Source: Podarcis gaigeae
Taxonomy: Eukaryota
DNA: 64,000 nt
Reading direction: 5' to 3' (one strand)
NCBI GenBank assembly: GCA_964106915.2
Contig: OZ066922.1
Position numbers and translations under genes: made by a program
Notes under the pieces: model-generated
Database searches by the model: none
Told to the model about the DNA's origin: nothing
Seen by the model: the letters and a program-made list of their open reading frames with translations, nothing else
Part shown: positions 1 to 14,007 of the stretch, piece by piece
Layout: each line of letters begins with the position of its first letter
How positions within the stretch are numbered: position 1 is the stretch's first letter

Positions 1-3000
1 TAGAGATTGTAAGTAATGTGAAGGAGATTATGCGTTGAAATATTTTAGTTGATATTTTAGATTGTAAAATGCTATTTTATCTATTGATTTGTTTTACCTT
101 GTGGGCTTATAGCCGAATAAAGTATTATCCTATCCAGATGCCTTCCCTTTTGTTGGGTTATTTCATCAGCCTAAATATGTTTGTGTTGGTAGCCAGATGG
201 CAGCATGGGGCAGAGGCACTGATCTGCCCTCTTGGCAATTTAGTCACTGCAGCTTATGGCCAGTGGAGGGGAGCATGGCAGCGGGGAGGGCGGCTCATTG
301 TAGCGGCAGGACCACTGGATTGGCTCAGCTGTTACGTTTGCACCATTTTGATCTCCCTTCCCCTTCCCAATAAGCAGCAGTGATTCACCTGTTGGAATGT
401 TAGTTACCACTAGTTATCACTGTGGGAAGTAATCACTTCTGCCCCACAATGCCACCCGCTACTTAGTTTGGTGCATTATGAGCCTGTTCCTGTGTAACTG
501 TAAAAGTCTATCATATTGCTTCAAGTTGCTGATGTTTCACAGTTGAACATGATTTTTTCACTTCTCCTTCTTTGGTTTTGTAATGTATTGGACAGTTTGA
601 TTTGTGAACCACTCTGGGATTTTCTACATTAGGAGCAGTATACAAATGGACCTTATAAATAAATAAAAACAAAGAGATTGGGGGAATAAAAAGCTTGTGT
701 GAAGGCTTATTTGCATAATCATTTATCTCAACATGACAGCCTCTTCCCTCCCTTCCACTTTTAATTTGCTTGTATGGTCAACACACACAATAACAATGTG
801 ACATGACACAATCAATCAGAGCTGCTAAATGACATATATTACCTTGCCACGCCAGCATACTAAAAATGTGCATTTGTAATCAGGTGGATAATAATAGCAA
901 CTTGTTATTAAATAATTATCCCATAATGACCATTACTGTAAAATAATGTAATAAGAAAGCACAAGGAGGGCAGGTTTCCACCTCCTATCCAAGACTGAGT
1001 GCCTGAAGAGACACCACCCAGAGAGTGAGTTTTCTCTGCCACTTCTGATGACCTGCCCTCCACTTCCTTTGCCTGCAGTCACGAAGAGAGCCAGTTTTGC
1101 CCCACAGCAGGTGTATGAAGCAGACAGAGCAGCATCAAGTGATGCTATTCCTAAAGTCATTGCCCTGGAGCTGTAAAATCAAAACTGTTGCCTTCAAGTT
1201 AGGATCCAGCAACCCCGTTGGTTGTGATTGTATTGAGGATTACCAATAAAATGCAAATCTCTCATACCCTATTCCTATGACTAATCAAGAATCCTAAGTA
1301 CAAATACTGTCTCACAAAGGGCCCTCCTACATTTTCCCCAGCATTCCTGAATTGTGAGGTTCAAATGAAATGTTCAAAATGTGCCCTGGAAAGAAAGAAA
1401 AAAATCCACAATATTTCAGACTGGAGGCAAAAAGTGTATTTCAAAGCCCTGAAGCCTTTTCAGATGAATTCCCTCTGGCACATTCCTCTGATATATTGAA
1501 AGGGACGATTCTGTTGATCATACCCTTGGCAGTGTTACTATTCTGGCATTATGACACCCTGGAGATTTCTGCATGCCAGAAAAATACCCAAGTCCTCTGC
1601 ATTTATAACGGAGGCTTTATAATTGTGCTCAGATCCTTTCAAGAGCAGCCAAGTGCTAAAAGTTTGTGGATGAAAGTTACAGTGATTTTTAAAAAACCAA
1701 CTATTAAGGTTTCAGGATGTCCCACAGTTCAAGGGAGGGTATTGTATTTCATAGCAGAACTCCACAGAGCAGTTACAACAGTGTCAGTGTCTAGTCTTTG
1801 AAAGCTTTATCTGAAAATTTAATAAGTAATTGTGTGTTTTAACTTATCACCAACTCTTTGGATCTAACTTATAGTGAGTCTTTTGGGGGAACCTCAACTG
1901 ACTGCCAAGAAATTCCTTATCTGAGAAAAGGAATACCTAGAGAACTCAGACATCACAAAAAAGGGCTAACCCTACCAGTTTGGATGTTACCTTTTTTGTG
2001 TGTGTGTGGGGGGGGGGAGACTCAACTTGGTTAGAGTTGCAGTCACACATTACTCTCCCATGCACTCACTGTGGGAAGAAAGTTATGTGGCTGGAGTGTA
2101 GTTTCTTTTGGCATCTTCCTGATGCTGCAACTGTACATCACAATCTTTTGCAAGTAGAGATCCAAGAGATTGAGTAGGATACCACATTCAAATGAAGAAG
2201 CCCCAGCCTCCCTGACAGGGGTGAGCATTGCTGGACCCTTGCCAAGGCCCACACCCCTCTTTGGTCACCTTCCCATCCCCTTTTGTGTTCTGTGTTTTAG
2301 TTGGTAAGCTTGCCCTGTTTTAATTGTGTGTGCAGAAGCTGCTTTGGCTGAAGAGGAGGTCAAAACACTCCAAATAGATAACTGATTATGGGCAAGATGT
2401 GTAAAAAAGTGTAAGGCAAGATGTATTTCTAAACGTTTTCTACACTGGGTATGGTGTTTCAATGCAACACTACTTTCAATGCAGCACCAGAGTCCCCTAC
2501 AACTGTTGTATATCTTATATTCCTTTGTAGAATTATGACTGAATCATCACAGATTTAATTGCATCTACTCTACCAAACATAATTTTTCACGTATCACATT
2601 GTTTGCCTATGTGAAGTTCCTTTTGTGCGTGTGTGTTAGAGAAAAAAAGTTGCACAGGTGAGGTGTAATAATGCAAATGCTTAATTTGCTGTGAGTCAGA
2701 AGCAGAAACATCTGCAGCATGAAGTAACCAAAGCTGAGCTCGGTGGCCTTTGCAGCAAAATGAGCACAACTTTCTCAGTTGTCCTTTTTTCATGCTCTTT
2801 CAAAGTTTTCGGTTATATAATGCTGCAGAACAGAGCTGATTGAACTAAACTGATTCATGTATTTGTTCAAGGCTAACTAGCTATCCAGCTAGGTGAAATG
2901 AAGGGAAGCTGTCTGTGGTGAGCCATAGCTGGGAAAAAAAGCACCTGATCACAGCCAGAGATAAAAAGCCTGGAGAATATTTGGAACTGAAGGGTGTGGG

Positions 3001-3685
3001 GGGAAGAGAAGTACAGCACAGTGAGAGGCTGAAAGGCAGAGTAAGGAGAAAGGTGGGGGGGGGGAGAGAAGCTGCAATTGGTTGATTGCATCTGACATAT
3101 GAAGGAGGTTTTGCCACAATCAACCTTGGTACTGTTTGAAAAACAGCTGCAATCCGAAACGTATTTACCAGGAAGTAAGCCCCACTGGCCACAATAGGAC
3201 TTACCTCTCAGCAAACATGCAAAGGGTTGTCAGTAAGTGGCTACAAAAATCCTATGCTGACTACGCTGCTTACATTACTCTTTAAAGCTGAAATGTTTAT
3301 GAATTCGTGGAAGTGTTTTAGATGGTAGAATTATCATTTCTTTGTTAGCAGTCTCCTAAGACTCTTACAGTGGACTAAATATTTAAACTGAATTTTCATG
3401 TGGAGTCAAACATTTAGTTTGTATTTTATTTTCATTCTGGGTCACAGGTACAGGCATTATGGCATAATTTTGATTATATGCAGCTGCTGGGAGAAATCAT
3501 CCAAAGGGTACAGCTTTAATGACATCAGCAATACCAAACAGTGCACTTCATTTTCCCCCCTGAAAGAAGTGTTTGTTTTGCATGTTTTTTAGCTCAAGGA
3601 GAGCATGATTCTGCACTGTGTGTGTTCGGGTGAAAAAGATTCAATTTGCATGAAAAGGTGAGCTACTAAGGATCTTGCAGCACAG

Positions 3686-3840
3686 GGCAGGCTGAGATAG
3701 CTCAGTTGGTAAAGCACTAGGCTCTTAACCTCAGGATTGTAGGTTTGAGCCCCACATTGCTCAAAAGCTTTCTGCACTGCAGGAAGTTGGACTAGATGAC
3801 CCTCACGGTCTCTTCCAACTCAACAAATTCTATTATTCTA
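3686..3840 (+). mobile_element. tRNA-derived SINE with CR1-type 3' tail
   Basis: A-box TAGCTCAGTTGG and degenerate B-box GGTTTGAGCCC, followed by TTGGACTAGATGACC...TTCCAAC...ATTCTAT tail. Confidence 0.7.
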
Positions 3841-3843
3841 AGT

Positions 3844-4089
3844 TGGGGTAGGCAACCTAAGGCCCGGGAGCCAGATGTGGCCCAATCACCTTTTCAATCC
3901 AGCCCATGGATGGTCTGGGAATCAGCGTGTTTTTACATGAATAGAATGTGTCCTTTTATTTAAAATACATCTCTGGGTTATTTGTGGGGCATAGGAATTC
4001 GTTCACCCCCCCCCCAATATAGTCTGGCCCACCACATGGTCTGAGGGACGGTGGACCGGCCCACAGCTAAAAAAGGTTGCTGATCCCTG
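3844..4089. mobile_element. hAT-type MITE
   Basis: Imperfect TIRs (GGGGTAGGCAACCT / AGGTTGCTGATCCCTG), 8-bp TSD TTCTAAGT at 3836-3843 and 4090-4097. Confidence 0.75.
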
Positions 4090-4328
4090 TTCTAAGTTGT
4101 AGGTTTCTTGCCAACAAACCTCTACTGGCATAAAGCAAGGTGTAGCCTCCAACCTGCTATTCAGCTCATATGGGATCACATTAGAATGTTAATGCCCAAC
4201 TTTCCTCTGGTTCTAACTTAAATAAAAACCACACTGTACCACCTATTAATTAGATATGAGAAACCAGAGGTTTCAGGAGGTTCATCCAACAAGTACTGCA
4301 AATCTCACCACAACCTAGGTGGAATCTA

Positions 4329-4690
4329 AAGGTAAAGGTAAAGGTACCCCTGCCCGTACGGGCCAGTCTTGCCAGACTCTGGGGTTGTGCGCCCATCTCA
4401 CTTAAGAGGCCAGGGGCCAGCGCTGTCCGGAGACACTTCCAGGTCACGTGGCCAGCGTGACAAAGCTGCATCTGGTGAGCCAGAGCCGCACACGGAAACG
4501 CCGTTTACCTTCCCGCTGGTAAGCGGTCCCTATTTATCTACTTGCACCCAGAGGTGCTTTCGAACTGCTAGGTTGGCAGGCGCTGGGACCGAGCAGCGGG
4601 AGCGCACCCCGCCGCAGGGATTCGAACCGCCGACCTTTTGATCGGCAGGTCCTAGGCGCTGAGGCTTTAACCCACAGCGCCACCTGCGTC
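4329..4690 (-). mobile_element. Sauria SINE, subfamily with GGTACCCCTGCCCGTACGGG end
   Basis: tRNA-like head, (TTTACC)n tail, 12-bp TSD AGGTGGAATCTA. Confidence 0.92.
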
Positions 4691-6226
4691 AGGTGGAATC
4701 TACACACATATAAAAAAATGCATCTAGTGTCACATTTGTATACTGCACTTACAACACATTTAAAATGTTTTATTTGCAGCTGTATAGCTGAGTTCCTAGA
4801 CATCCATTTGTTAAACAACAGATTCTTTTGGGCAGACATCTGGAAATCGCCCTTTCAGAACCATATTTTTGTACAATTAGATTTTCCCACCTAATTCCAT
4901 CCCCTGTGTTTCTCCCACAAGCCCCACAGTTCCTTTTACCCAGCAGTCCCTCCTTCCGTTCGCCTAAGTTAGTAAGCTCCTGGGTAGTATCTGCCTTATA
5001 ATCAACCACTTCTCCAGTGTTCAGACAGAACATAAGCAATGATCAGTACTAATTATCTGTCTTTAAATCCTCCTCCGCTGCCTTTTCAGAGTTACCATGA
5101 ATTTTCGCTTTCCCTCCTCTCCAACTGTGTTAGAGACTCATCTCCTCTTTCTCTCTTCCTGGGAACACTTCAGTAGTTATTCCCATGAGCATAGCCAGGA
5201 TTTTTGTTAGGGCCAAAGTTGTTGAACTTTTTTGCCGCCCCCCCCCCCCCCAGCTATTCCCATGGTTATTCCCAGCATTCTTAATAAACTACAGTTCCCA
5301 GGATTCTTTGACCGGTAAATTAATGGTGTGTACACAGCTTTCCTGATCAATGTGGAGGAAGGTGGAATAACTTAATATGGAACTTCAAGGAAGGAATATT
5401 CCCCCTGCCTTCCCCCAGCAACCCAACTCATCTCACATTGCTCCAGAGAAGCTTTTCAGGAGCTGCAGCAGGCCAAAAGTTTCCCTCCATGAAACTTCCT
5501 TAACATATCATAGGATCCAAACCAGCATATACAAAATGCCCAGAGCTATGATTGATCTGTGGGTTACTGACAGCATGTGCAAACAATGTGCACTCAGTTT
5601 GTGTCTTTTTTAATTATTTTCTTTATTTATTAAATTTGCATTCTGCTTTTCTTCCCAAAGAAGTCCAGGGTGGCAAACGAGTGATAAAACAATAAAACAG
5701 GTCTGCCTGCTCTAAAACCTGATAGTTGTAAGCCTCTTAGCAGATCCACACCATACGTTTAAAGCAGATCCAATACACACTTAAAGCAAAAGAATCTTGG
5801 GAACTATAACTTGCCCCTCAGAGTTACCACAATTCCCAGAATTCTTTGGGAGAAGTCATGTACTTTAAACATGTGTGCACGTTGTCTCCTGAGGCAGACG
5901 GATGCCAACCAATGTCTAAATACCAATTGTTATGAAGCACAGAGCGGGAGATAGCAACTGTCTTGCTGTCCAGGTCGTGGGCTTCCCAGGAGGCATTGGG
6001 CTGGCCACTGTTGGCAGCAGAACACTGGGGCTGCTCAAACATGGAAGGTTTCCACAGAATCTGCATGCCCACACATCCACATGTGAGCATGAAATGCCAC
6101 CCTATCTCACCCCATCTCCAATTTAATTTGGATTTATCATTTCCATGGAAAATCCATTTTTTAAAAAAATAAAAAACCCTGTTTCTAGCAACACATTTGT
6201 GATGTCTGAATGACCCATTTGCAGTA

Positions 6227-6811
6227 CAGTGGTGCCTTGGGTTACTTATGCTTCAGGTTACAGAAATATTACCTTGAGTTAAGAACTTTGCTTCAGGATG
6301 AGAACAGAAATCGTGCTCCGACGGTGTGGCGGCGGCAGGAGGCCCCATTAGCTAAAGTGGTGCTTCAGGTTAAGATCAGTTTCAGGTTAAGAACGGACCT
6401 CCAGAATGAATTAAGTACTTAACCCGAGGTAAAGGTAAAGGTAAAGGTACCCCTGCCCGTACGGGCCAGTCTTGACAGACTCTGGGGTTGTGCGCCCATC
6501 TCACTCAAGAGGCCAGGGGCCAGCGCTGTCCGGAGACACTTCCGGGTCACGTGGCCAGCGTGACATCGCTGCTCTGGCGAGCCAGAGCCGCACACGGAAG
6601 CGCCGTTTACCTTCCCGCTGGTAAGCGGTCCCTATTTATCTACTTGCACCCGGAGGTGCTTTCGAACTGCTAGGTTGGCAGGCGCTGGGACCGAGCAGCG
6701 GGAGCGCACCCTGCTGCAGGGATTCGAACCGCCGACCTTTCGATCGGCAAGTCCTAGGCGCTGAGGCTTTAACCCACAGCGCCACCTGCGTCCCTTAACC
6801 CGAGGTACCAC
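6227..6811. mobile_element. Tc1/mariner(pogo)-type MITE interrupted by a Sauria SINE
   Basis: Homologous to the intact copy at 29360-29600; right TIR split by the SINE. Confidence 0.85.
6432..6794 (-). mobile_element. Sauria SINE (young, CpG-rich)
   Basis: Near-identical to 4329-4690 and 33892-34255; TSD TTAACCCGAGGTA. Confidence 0.92.
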
Positions 6812-8927
6812 GATATTAAGCTCCCATCTAGAAGGAACATGATGTTCTTGGGAAATGCTTTTCTCAGCAAAATACAAGGAAAGGCAAAGACCGTGACTCT
6901 ATGTATCTTGACGAGAAAAGCAGCAATTGAAATATTGATATCCTTCACAAGGCAGAAGAACCAGAGTGCAAGCAGTATGAAGGAGCACCAAGATTAGGGA
7001 CATTTCTTTTAACATACTACAGGGCAACGAAGTGTAGTTTTTGTGCCCCAGCACATCTTACAGTATTAAATGCCAGACATGACCGAAGGCTGGTTAACAA
7101 GCTACCATTTTTGTATCACCCTAATGGGCTGAAATGAACCAGCTTGGTCTAAGGCATCAAACAGGGCCTTTCAGCAGGCAATTGAACATCCCTCTCACAC
7201 AGACCAGAGGTTCTATATTTAACAAAGCTGGGCAACTGAAATGGCTCTTCAACCAGAAAGTAATTATTCAGTTCATGAAGCACACTGCTGTAAATCCTCC
7301 CTAAGATTCAAAAAAGGCAGACATATAAGCCACTTGATACGGAATAAAATCTTTTAAAAGGCCACATAGAAGCCATTAAAGTACATTCAGAAGTCCTCAG
7401 CTATTTCCCTAATGGGATTAAAACAGCCACACAATAACTACAAGAAACACGAGGAGAAATTACTGCTAGAAATAAAACGCTGGGGTCTCTCCCAGGCAGA
7501 ATGAATGCCAGTGTGCTAAAGATGCCAGCTGTCCTCAGCAGACACATTTGTTCTGGAAATGCATTTCCCCCTCTTTCATTCCCCACCTGGTCCAACTCAC
7601 AAGCTGGAAGACAGGGTTATTGGGTACATAAAAACAATTAAACCTTATTTACTGGGATGCGATAAACAAAGCACACCAGATTTAAATCATTTAAACAGAA
7701 AAGCCACAAGCTAACGAAAAAGTATCCTTAGATTTGAGCTATTTTTTAAACATTGTTGGTCATTCTAATGGACCCATAACATTTATACAGCCCTGTGCCC
7801 TCAGAGTGGCCACTTTTCTTCAATTAGTCTTGACAACATTGAGATCAATGAACATTGTGCAGGAATGTCAGATTTGGTGAACTTCAAATCCCACATTAAT
7901 TATTACGGCTATGGTTTGTTGTTTTCAAACACAAACACCCGCACACACAAACTTAAAAATATGGTGCTTCCAACAAAATTGATGAAATCTTTTATAACCT
8001 TAACATATCCAACAGCTATATATTTATTCCCACTGGAGAAGGATTCCCATTTGCTATTAACTTGGGATTTTACCGTTCAGCAACAGAAAAAACATTTATA
8101 ACTCTTGAAGAATAAGAAGTACATTTATTGCCCCAGGCTGAATAATCTCTCATCATTATGTCTCTACGTGCTTTTGGCAGGGCCAGAAAAAGAGAAAGAT
8201 ATGCAATGATGTACAACATGCAGTACAATACATCAGGTGTGCACTAATGCATTGGGACTAACCCCACCATCATAATCCTTTCATTTGTAAATCATTATAA
8301 AAATGCATTTTGTATGCCAGCGGTTTTGTGCAACTTGGTGCTACTTTTATTTGAATACAGTATTTTCGGTTCAGCTCCTCTTCACTTCCATTAAATAGCT
8401 TCTGCTATTCTTGCACCTCTAATGAGATAGAGAGTGGCCAGAAGTGATCACAATGAACACTACTAAAGAGTTCAGGGGTCAGAAAATCTTTTGAATCTAT
8501 GGGTACATTTGCAAACTGAGGAAACTGATGTGGGCACCACACACACTGCAACCTACTCTATTGGCTACAGTGGAATGTTTTTTGCTAGGCCCCATCTGGT
8601 TGGGGTCCCTTCGGTGGGGAAGGGACCTAGTGGGCAAAGGCTTCTGCAGGTGCACCCTTGGGTGCCATGTTAATGACCCTGATGTAATGTCAACAAGCTG
8701 GCAAGAAGAAAAAGAGCTACAAACAAGCTTTGTAGCACAGAGTTGGAAAAATAAATAATGCGGATATGACAAAGGGGGAATGCCAAGACAAGGCAGAGGA
8801 CCCCATAGCTAATTCAACGTTGCACCCTTCTAATTGTCAGACAAAATGATCCTCCCTCTCTTCCCCTCGTGATACTACGAAGCCAAGCATGCCTCCTAAA
8901 AACAGTATATGATTTTGTGTTACTTAC

Positions 8928-9802
8928 TCAAAAAAAGTTGTCCATCCAGTCTCATCACTTTTCGTTGCTAGGAGTCCACTGTTGCCATGATAGGTAAACA
9001 AGACTAGCTCCTGCCCTTGGGCTGTCATGCTTTTTAGACATCCATTGGTTCCTATAGTTAGCCAGATAACTTGGTTGTCAGGAGATACCACCCTCACTGG
9101 CATCCGGTTGGGATCTCGCCTTATACGAAGCGTATTTCCATTGCTGTCAGTTACAGCTGTGATGTCATTGTCGTTACTGTAGCTAAAATTGTACAGATAG
9201 TCTCCTGTGACTAAACTCATTGTGTACTGATGGGTGCCGTTGACATCAAAGATGTAGAGTTCCTGATCGGTTGGAGAGGCAACTTCATAAAAATTCATTG
9301 AAGTCAGCAACGGTTTGTTCTTTGACACAGCTCGTATCCGAATATTTCCAAGATCAGCAATGTACAACGTTCCATCAGGTGAGGCAGCTAAAGAAGATGG
9401 GGCATTAAGTTTGGCATCTTTAGCATAACCATCACCATTTTGGTAGCAGTCACAGTTAACATCATTTTTGCAATCACACTCAGAGGGTATTCCAGCAACT
9501 AATGAGATCTCTCCATCAGTTGTGACTTGTCTTATTCTGTTTATCTTTTTTTCATCAGTTTCTGTAATGTAAAGCACTCCACTGTAAGATACAGCAATCG
9601 CTGTGGCTGATTCTAAAGTAGTCTGTACAGCATGTTTGCCCACTGTGTACTCCACTCCAGGAACTTGGCAATGCATTGGCCTCCCAGCAGCAATACGGAC
9701 TTGCCGATTTTCAGTAATCTGAAGAACTACGTTGTTATCTAACACATATATGGAGTTATCCATTGGGTTGATAGCCAAATCCGTTGGCCACTCCAGACGC
9801 AC
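8928..9802 (-). CDS. TENM3: Teneurin-3 large exon, NHL end and YD-shell start ([17 protein letters not shown]...GWTTFF); 875 nt; gene continues beyond window start
   Basis: 292-aa ORF; TTAAAAG acceptor, GA|GTAAGT donor; sequence is closest to TENM3 among teneurin paralogues as I recall them (e.g. [21 protein letters not shown]). Confidence 0.97.
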
Positions 9803-11814
9803 CTTTTAAAAAAAGGAAAAGTGTTTTATTAGCCAATTATTATCTTTAGCAATCACAGTTTTCTAACTGAACAAGTGCTAGAGATACCACTTTTGAAACA
9901 GTTCTCTGTTTTTCTGAAGTTACATAGAATTACATATATAAAAGGAAATGCAGTAGTTTAAATTATTGCCCCTAGGGTGAATATAAAGGGCAGGGGGGAA
10001 TGGAACCAGGGAAACTGGAGTGCTGGAAACACTAAAACTGAATGCTCAAAACATTATTTTTATTTACATTTCATTTAGTCCAAGAGCACGTGTTTGTAAT
10101 GGTCCTGATTCAGTTAATGTTAGTCATGACTAAAGGTGGAATCCTAACCATGTCTACTCAGAAGTAAGCCTCACTGAATTCAGTGGGGCTTACTCCCAGG
10201 TAGGCGCTGTTGGGATTGCAGCACAAGTTAATTGTGCTAAGTTGTTCCATTGGTTTTAATGGGACTGAGTCATGACTATAATTCTGGGTGAATCTGGCAC
10301 ATAGAAATCATATATTTCTAAATATAAAATATGTCAATGCTAAATAAAGGTAAGATCTTTTCCAATATGACACAGATTAATGTTTGCTATTATTTTTCTA
10401 TCAGAATAGCAAGTCTCTTTAGTGCTGGGGGGAAACCATAGAAATCAATAGAAAAAGTTATCTGGTGTTGAAAAAATATATCACAGAGTTCAAAACTGCA
10501 GACTAGAGGCATTAGTAGAAGTTGGTATTAGAAACATCAGAATGCCAATACTTTTCTAATATACTTCTGCTCCACTTGTATTTTATGACTGTACCTCTTG
10601 TAAATAATTATGGTCTTCCCTACTGTCCCTAAAATTTATTGTAAAGGTAGACATAAAGATACATTTTTAGGTGTATAATATTGATACTTATGTTCTTAGA
10701 ATAAGCTCCTTATCGCGAAGATATAGTATAAAAAACAGTTCAGGATGCTTCTAGACACCTGCTTATTCTAGGATTGGAGCTACAATATATACAATACATA
10801 TCATCAAATTGCCATCTAATCCAGAATTACACTTTCCCAGGAAAAATCTGAAAAATACATAAATAAATACATAAACAAACAACCCATTTATGATATCGCA
10901 ACTGTTTGAAAGGACCCTTTCTATAAATGTTTACTCAGAATTAAGTCCCAGTTCCCCCTTAGCACTGAGGAGAGTGGCCATGGTGGCCTGGTGCGGTCAT
11001 GGCAGGGTGTGACTTCCTCCCCTCAGCTTCAGCATGGCAGGAGGGGAAGCTTCTGTCTCCTCTCGCCAGGGTGACTGCTAGGACATGCTCACAAGGTTCA
11101 GCAGCCAATTGCAAGCAAGTGGACCAGAGGGAGTACTTCCTCCTGGTCAGCTTTCTGGTCATAAAAACCAGCTGTGCCAGAGCTCAGGCCTCAGTCAACA
11201 TTGGATTCTCCGCCCTCTGTTCCTTGTTAATGTGGCTTAATGGGCTGCCTGAGGGAAAGTAAGCATGGCATTGCTGGACCTTGCTATGAAAGTACATGGG
11301 TCACCATATCTGGGTCCAGCGAGGAATTCTCCCTGCAGACTAATTAGGCCTGTCTGCAGGGATTTGCCTGCATCAGAGCAACTAACATAACTTCCTGGTG
11401 GACAATGCATTGGGTTTGATCCGTCTGGGAGGCCAGGGGATGGCCCTCCTTGCTCTGCTGTCATGGAGTATCTCCTTAAAGGAGCCTGGGGTTCTACACA
11501 TCCAGACTTCCATCTTGGGGGCTGATGGGCCATAGTGTTCCCCCGCCAGTGATCATGGGGGTCTTCTATATGATGCACATTGCAAGGTGACCCTTAACCT
11601 TGATCAAACAGCAGTAACACTGGCTGTTTTCAGGATACATACCCAGTGCCTACTCCAGAAGCTGCTGACATCTGCTATCAATAGAAGTTGTGGCCTGATT
11701 AAATCCCAATACTGCTGCCTTGTGTTTTTATTGTGTGTATGCCCTCGGCCTTGGCTCCACTGCCCCAGGGTCTGCAACGGTACTGATTTCAAGCATTCTC
11801 CCCTCATGTGTTCA

Positions 11815-12145
11815 GCAACTGGTATTAAGAAGTATTGCTGCCTCCAACCGTGGAGGCAGAACATAGCTATCATGGCTAACAAATAGCTATCAATAGCCCT
11901 CTCCTCCATGAATTTTAGTCCTCTGTTAAGGCAATCTCGGTTGGTTGCAGTCACCGCCTTCTGTGGGAGGAAGTTTCATAATTTACCTATGTGCTGCGTT
12001 TAGAAGTACTTTCTTTTTATCTGTCTCGTATCTCCCAACATTCAGCATCACTGGATATCTGTGAGTTCTAGTATTATGAGAGAGGGAGAACAACTTTCCT
12101 CTATCTGCTTTCTCTATGCCATGCATGATTTTATAAACTTATATC
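11815..12145 (-). mobile_element. CR1 LINE 3' fragment
   Basis: Similar to 60240-60585; resembles squamate CR1 ORF2 end/3'UTR. Confidence 0.65.
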
Positions 12146-12188
12146 ATGGTGCCCCTAAAACAACTAACAGATCTGTTTTTTTAAATAC

Positions 12189-12343
12189 CTGACTGATGTG
12201 CATGCTGGTATCACATGTTAAAGGTCTAGCTGAAGTCAGATCATTTGAGCCAAGTAATGTTGATATGATTCCATTCTGGTCCACTTTCCTGATCATAGTC
12301 CCATCAACAAAGTAGATTAATCCATTTTTGTCTACTGCCACTC
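12189..12343 (-). CDS. TENM3: Teneurin-3 exon, NHL ([15 protein letters not shown]...SMHISQ); 155 nt
   Basis: CCCAAG acceptor, CAG|GTATTT donor. Confidence 0.96.
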
Positions 12344-12933
12344 CTTGGGTAAAAAAACAAAACACAACACCAAGAGCTTGTTACTTGTTTTTGATCAAAA
12401 CTATTAAACCTGTTTTCCTGCTTTGTTTGTTCATCCTTTCCCACAAAGCCAGAAAATTTGTCTGAAAATATTAACAAAAATGACAGGTTTTAAACATCAC
12501 ATGCAGCTTCGTGAGGTTTAACTGGTTAAAATTTAGATATTAATGTATGGTACTTTATTAAACATAGCTAGTACATTAGAACAACGTGTATGAAAGGAAA
12601 ACATTCTGCTTGTGGGGGGTGAAATCCAACAAGCACTTCTCCTAATGGACTCATTTAAATATTGCTTCTGGACTGGACCCTTTGCAATTTGCTCAGTATA
12701 AAGTCTTTGTGGCATAACTGGAATGTGAAAAAGTATTTATAATGAATTATAATAAATGACTAACTACAAATCTCACTTTCTGCAGTTATGCTTTTGGATA
12801 GCTTTGCCATTCACAAACTGAAAACAAGCTTTTGGAAACACAGGACTGAATAAATAACTAGATAGCATGAAATGCTCTTGTGTGTGCTGACTGAACTGTG
12901 TTTTGCTCTTCATATATTGACAGTTTCCTCCAC

Positions 12934-13166
12934 CTTTGGGGCTCATGAGTGTCGCTTCTACAGCCTTGCCACCATCACCACATCTGGCTTCGTCAAATGG
13001 AAGGCACTGTTCCCCAGTTCCTGCTACCACTTCAGCATTTTTTGTCAAGTCCTTTGCCCCAGTGAGTGACTTCGGACGGTAAATCCTTCGTGTGTTGGTG
13101 TCAGAAACATACAATTCTCCTGTGACTGGGTCAGTTGCAAGGTAGTATCTATGAGCCGGGTTACTG
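12934..13166 (-). CDS. TENM3: Teneurin-3 exon, NHL ([14 protein letters not shown]...TLMSPK); 233 nt
   Basis: TGCAG|CAG tandem acceptor, AAG|GTGGAG donor; phase fits neighbours. Confidence 0.95.
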
Positions 13167-13658
13167 CTGCAGAAAGGGAAACAACAGGTTTTAGCACAGT
13201 AAGCAATATTCACTATTACATTTCAAAAGACAGTCTATCAATTGGACTTAGAAAGCAAATAATTGAAGCAAGCAACCCCTGTTGCCATTCAAAAGTTAGA
13301 GTGAAGAAGGCAGCCATAGCTGAGTGTGGTGGAAGTGATCTTAAAACACATTCTTAGTCTTGGGGACCAACAGCTTTGAATGCAGCAAATCTGTGTTCAA
13401 ACCATTTTTATTGCACTGCAGTGTCCATCTCACTTCACCCCTAGTCATAATGGTATCAAAAAGGCCCAATGAAAACATGGTATGCCTTGCTTCTTACTTT
13501 CTGCAAAGTATTTTCAAGGGTGGGAGGGGGAACAGAAAGTGCTGATGTGCTGCTGTTGTTTTAAACACATTGTATGTTATGTGTGAACTCTGCTGACTCT
13601 GAAAAGAGAATGTGTAAGCGAAAATCAGTAGTTTTGTTTGAAGAAAGTGTTTAATGAA

Positions 13659-14007
13659 GGGACGCGGGTGGTGCTGTGGGTTAAACCACAGAGCCTAGGA
13701 CTTGCCGATCAGAAGGTCGGCAGTTTGAATCCCCGCAACAGGGTGAGCTCCCGTTGCTCAGTCCCTGCTCCTGCCCACCTAGCAGTTCAAAAGCACGTCA
13801 AAGTGCAAGTAGATAAATAGGTACCGCTCCGGTGGGAAGGTAAACGGCGTTTCCGTGTGCTGCTCTGGTTTGCCAGAAGCAGCTTAGTCATGCTGGCCAT
13901 ATGATGCAGAAGCTGTACGCCGGCTCCCTTGGCCAATAAAGTGAGATGAGTGCTGCAACCCCAGAGTCGGCCACTACTGGACCTAATGGTCAGGGGTCCC
14001 TTTACCT
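13659..14007 (+). mobile_element. Sauria SINE, subfamily with GGTCAGGGGTCCC end
   Basis: GGGACGCGGGTGG head, body shared with other copies, TTTACC tail. Confidence 0.9.

Noticed and set aside
3686-3760. tRNA-like sequence
   Set aside because: Degenerate stems and a LINE-type tail indicate a SINE head, not a tRNA gene
1-8900. ORFs of 60-143 aa in the first 9 kb, and a search for the next TENM3 exon (YD repeats)
   Set aside because: No recognisable domains or exon structure; several are SINE/MITE translations; the next exon was not found and must lie outside the window
10140-10222. Short imperfect palindromes (also near 26400-26500, 42040-42135, 45350-45470, 60075-60150)
   Set aside because: Dispersed, decayed short repeat family; boundaries not definable and no evidence of function
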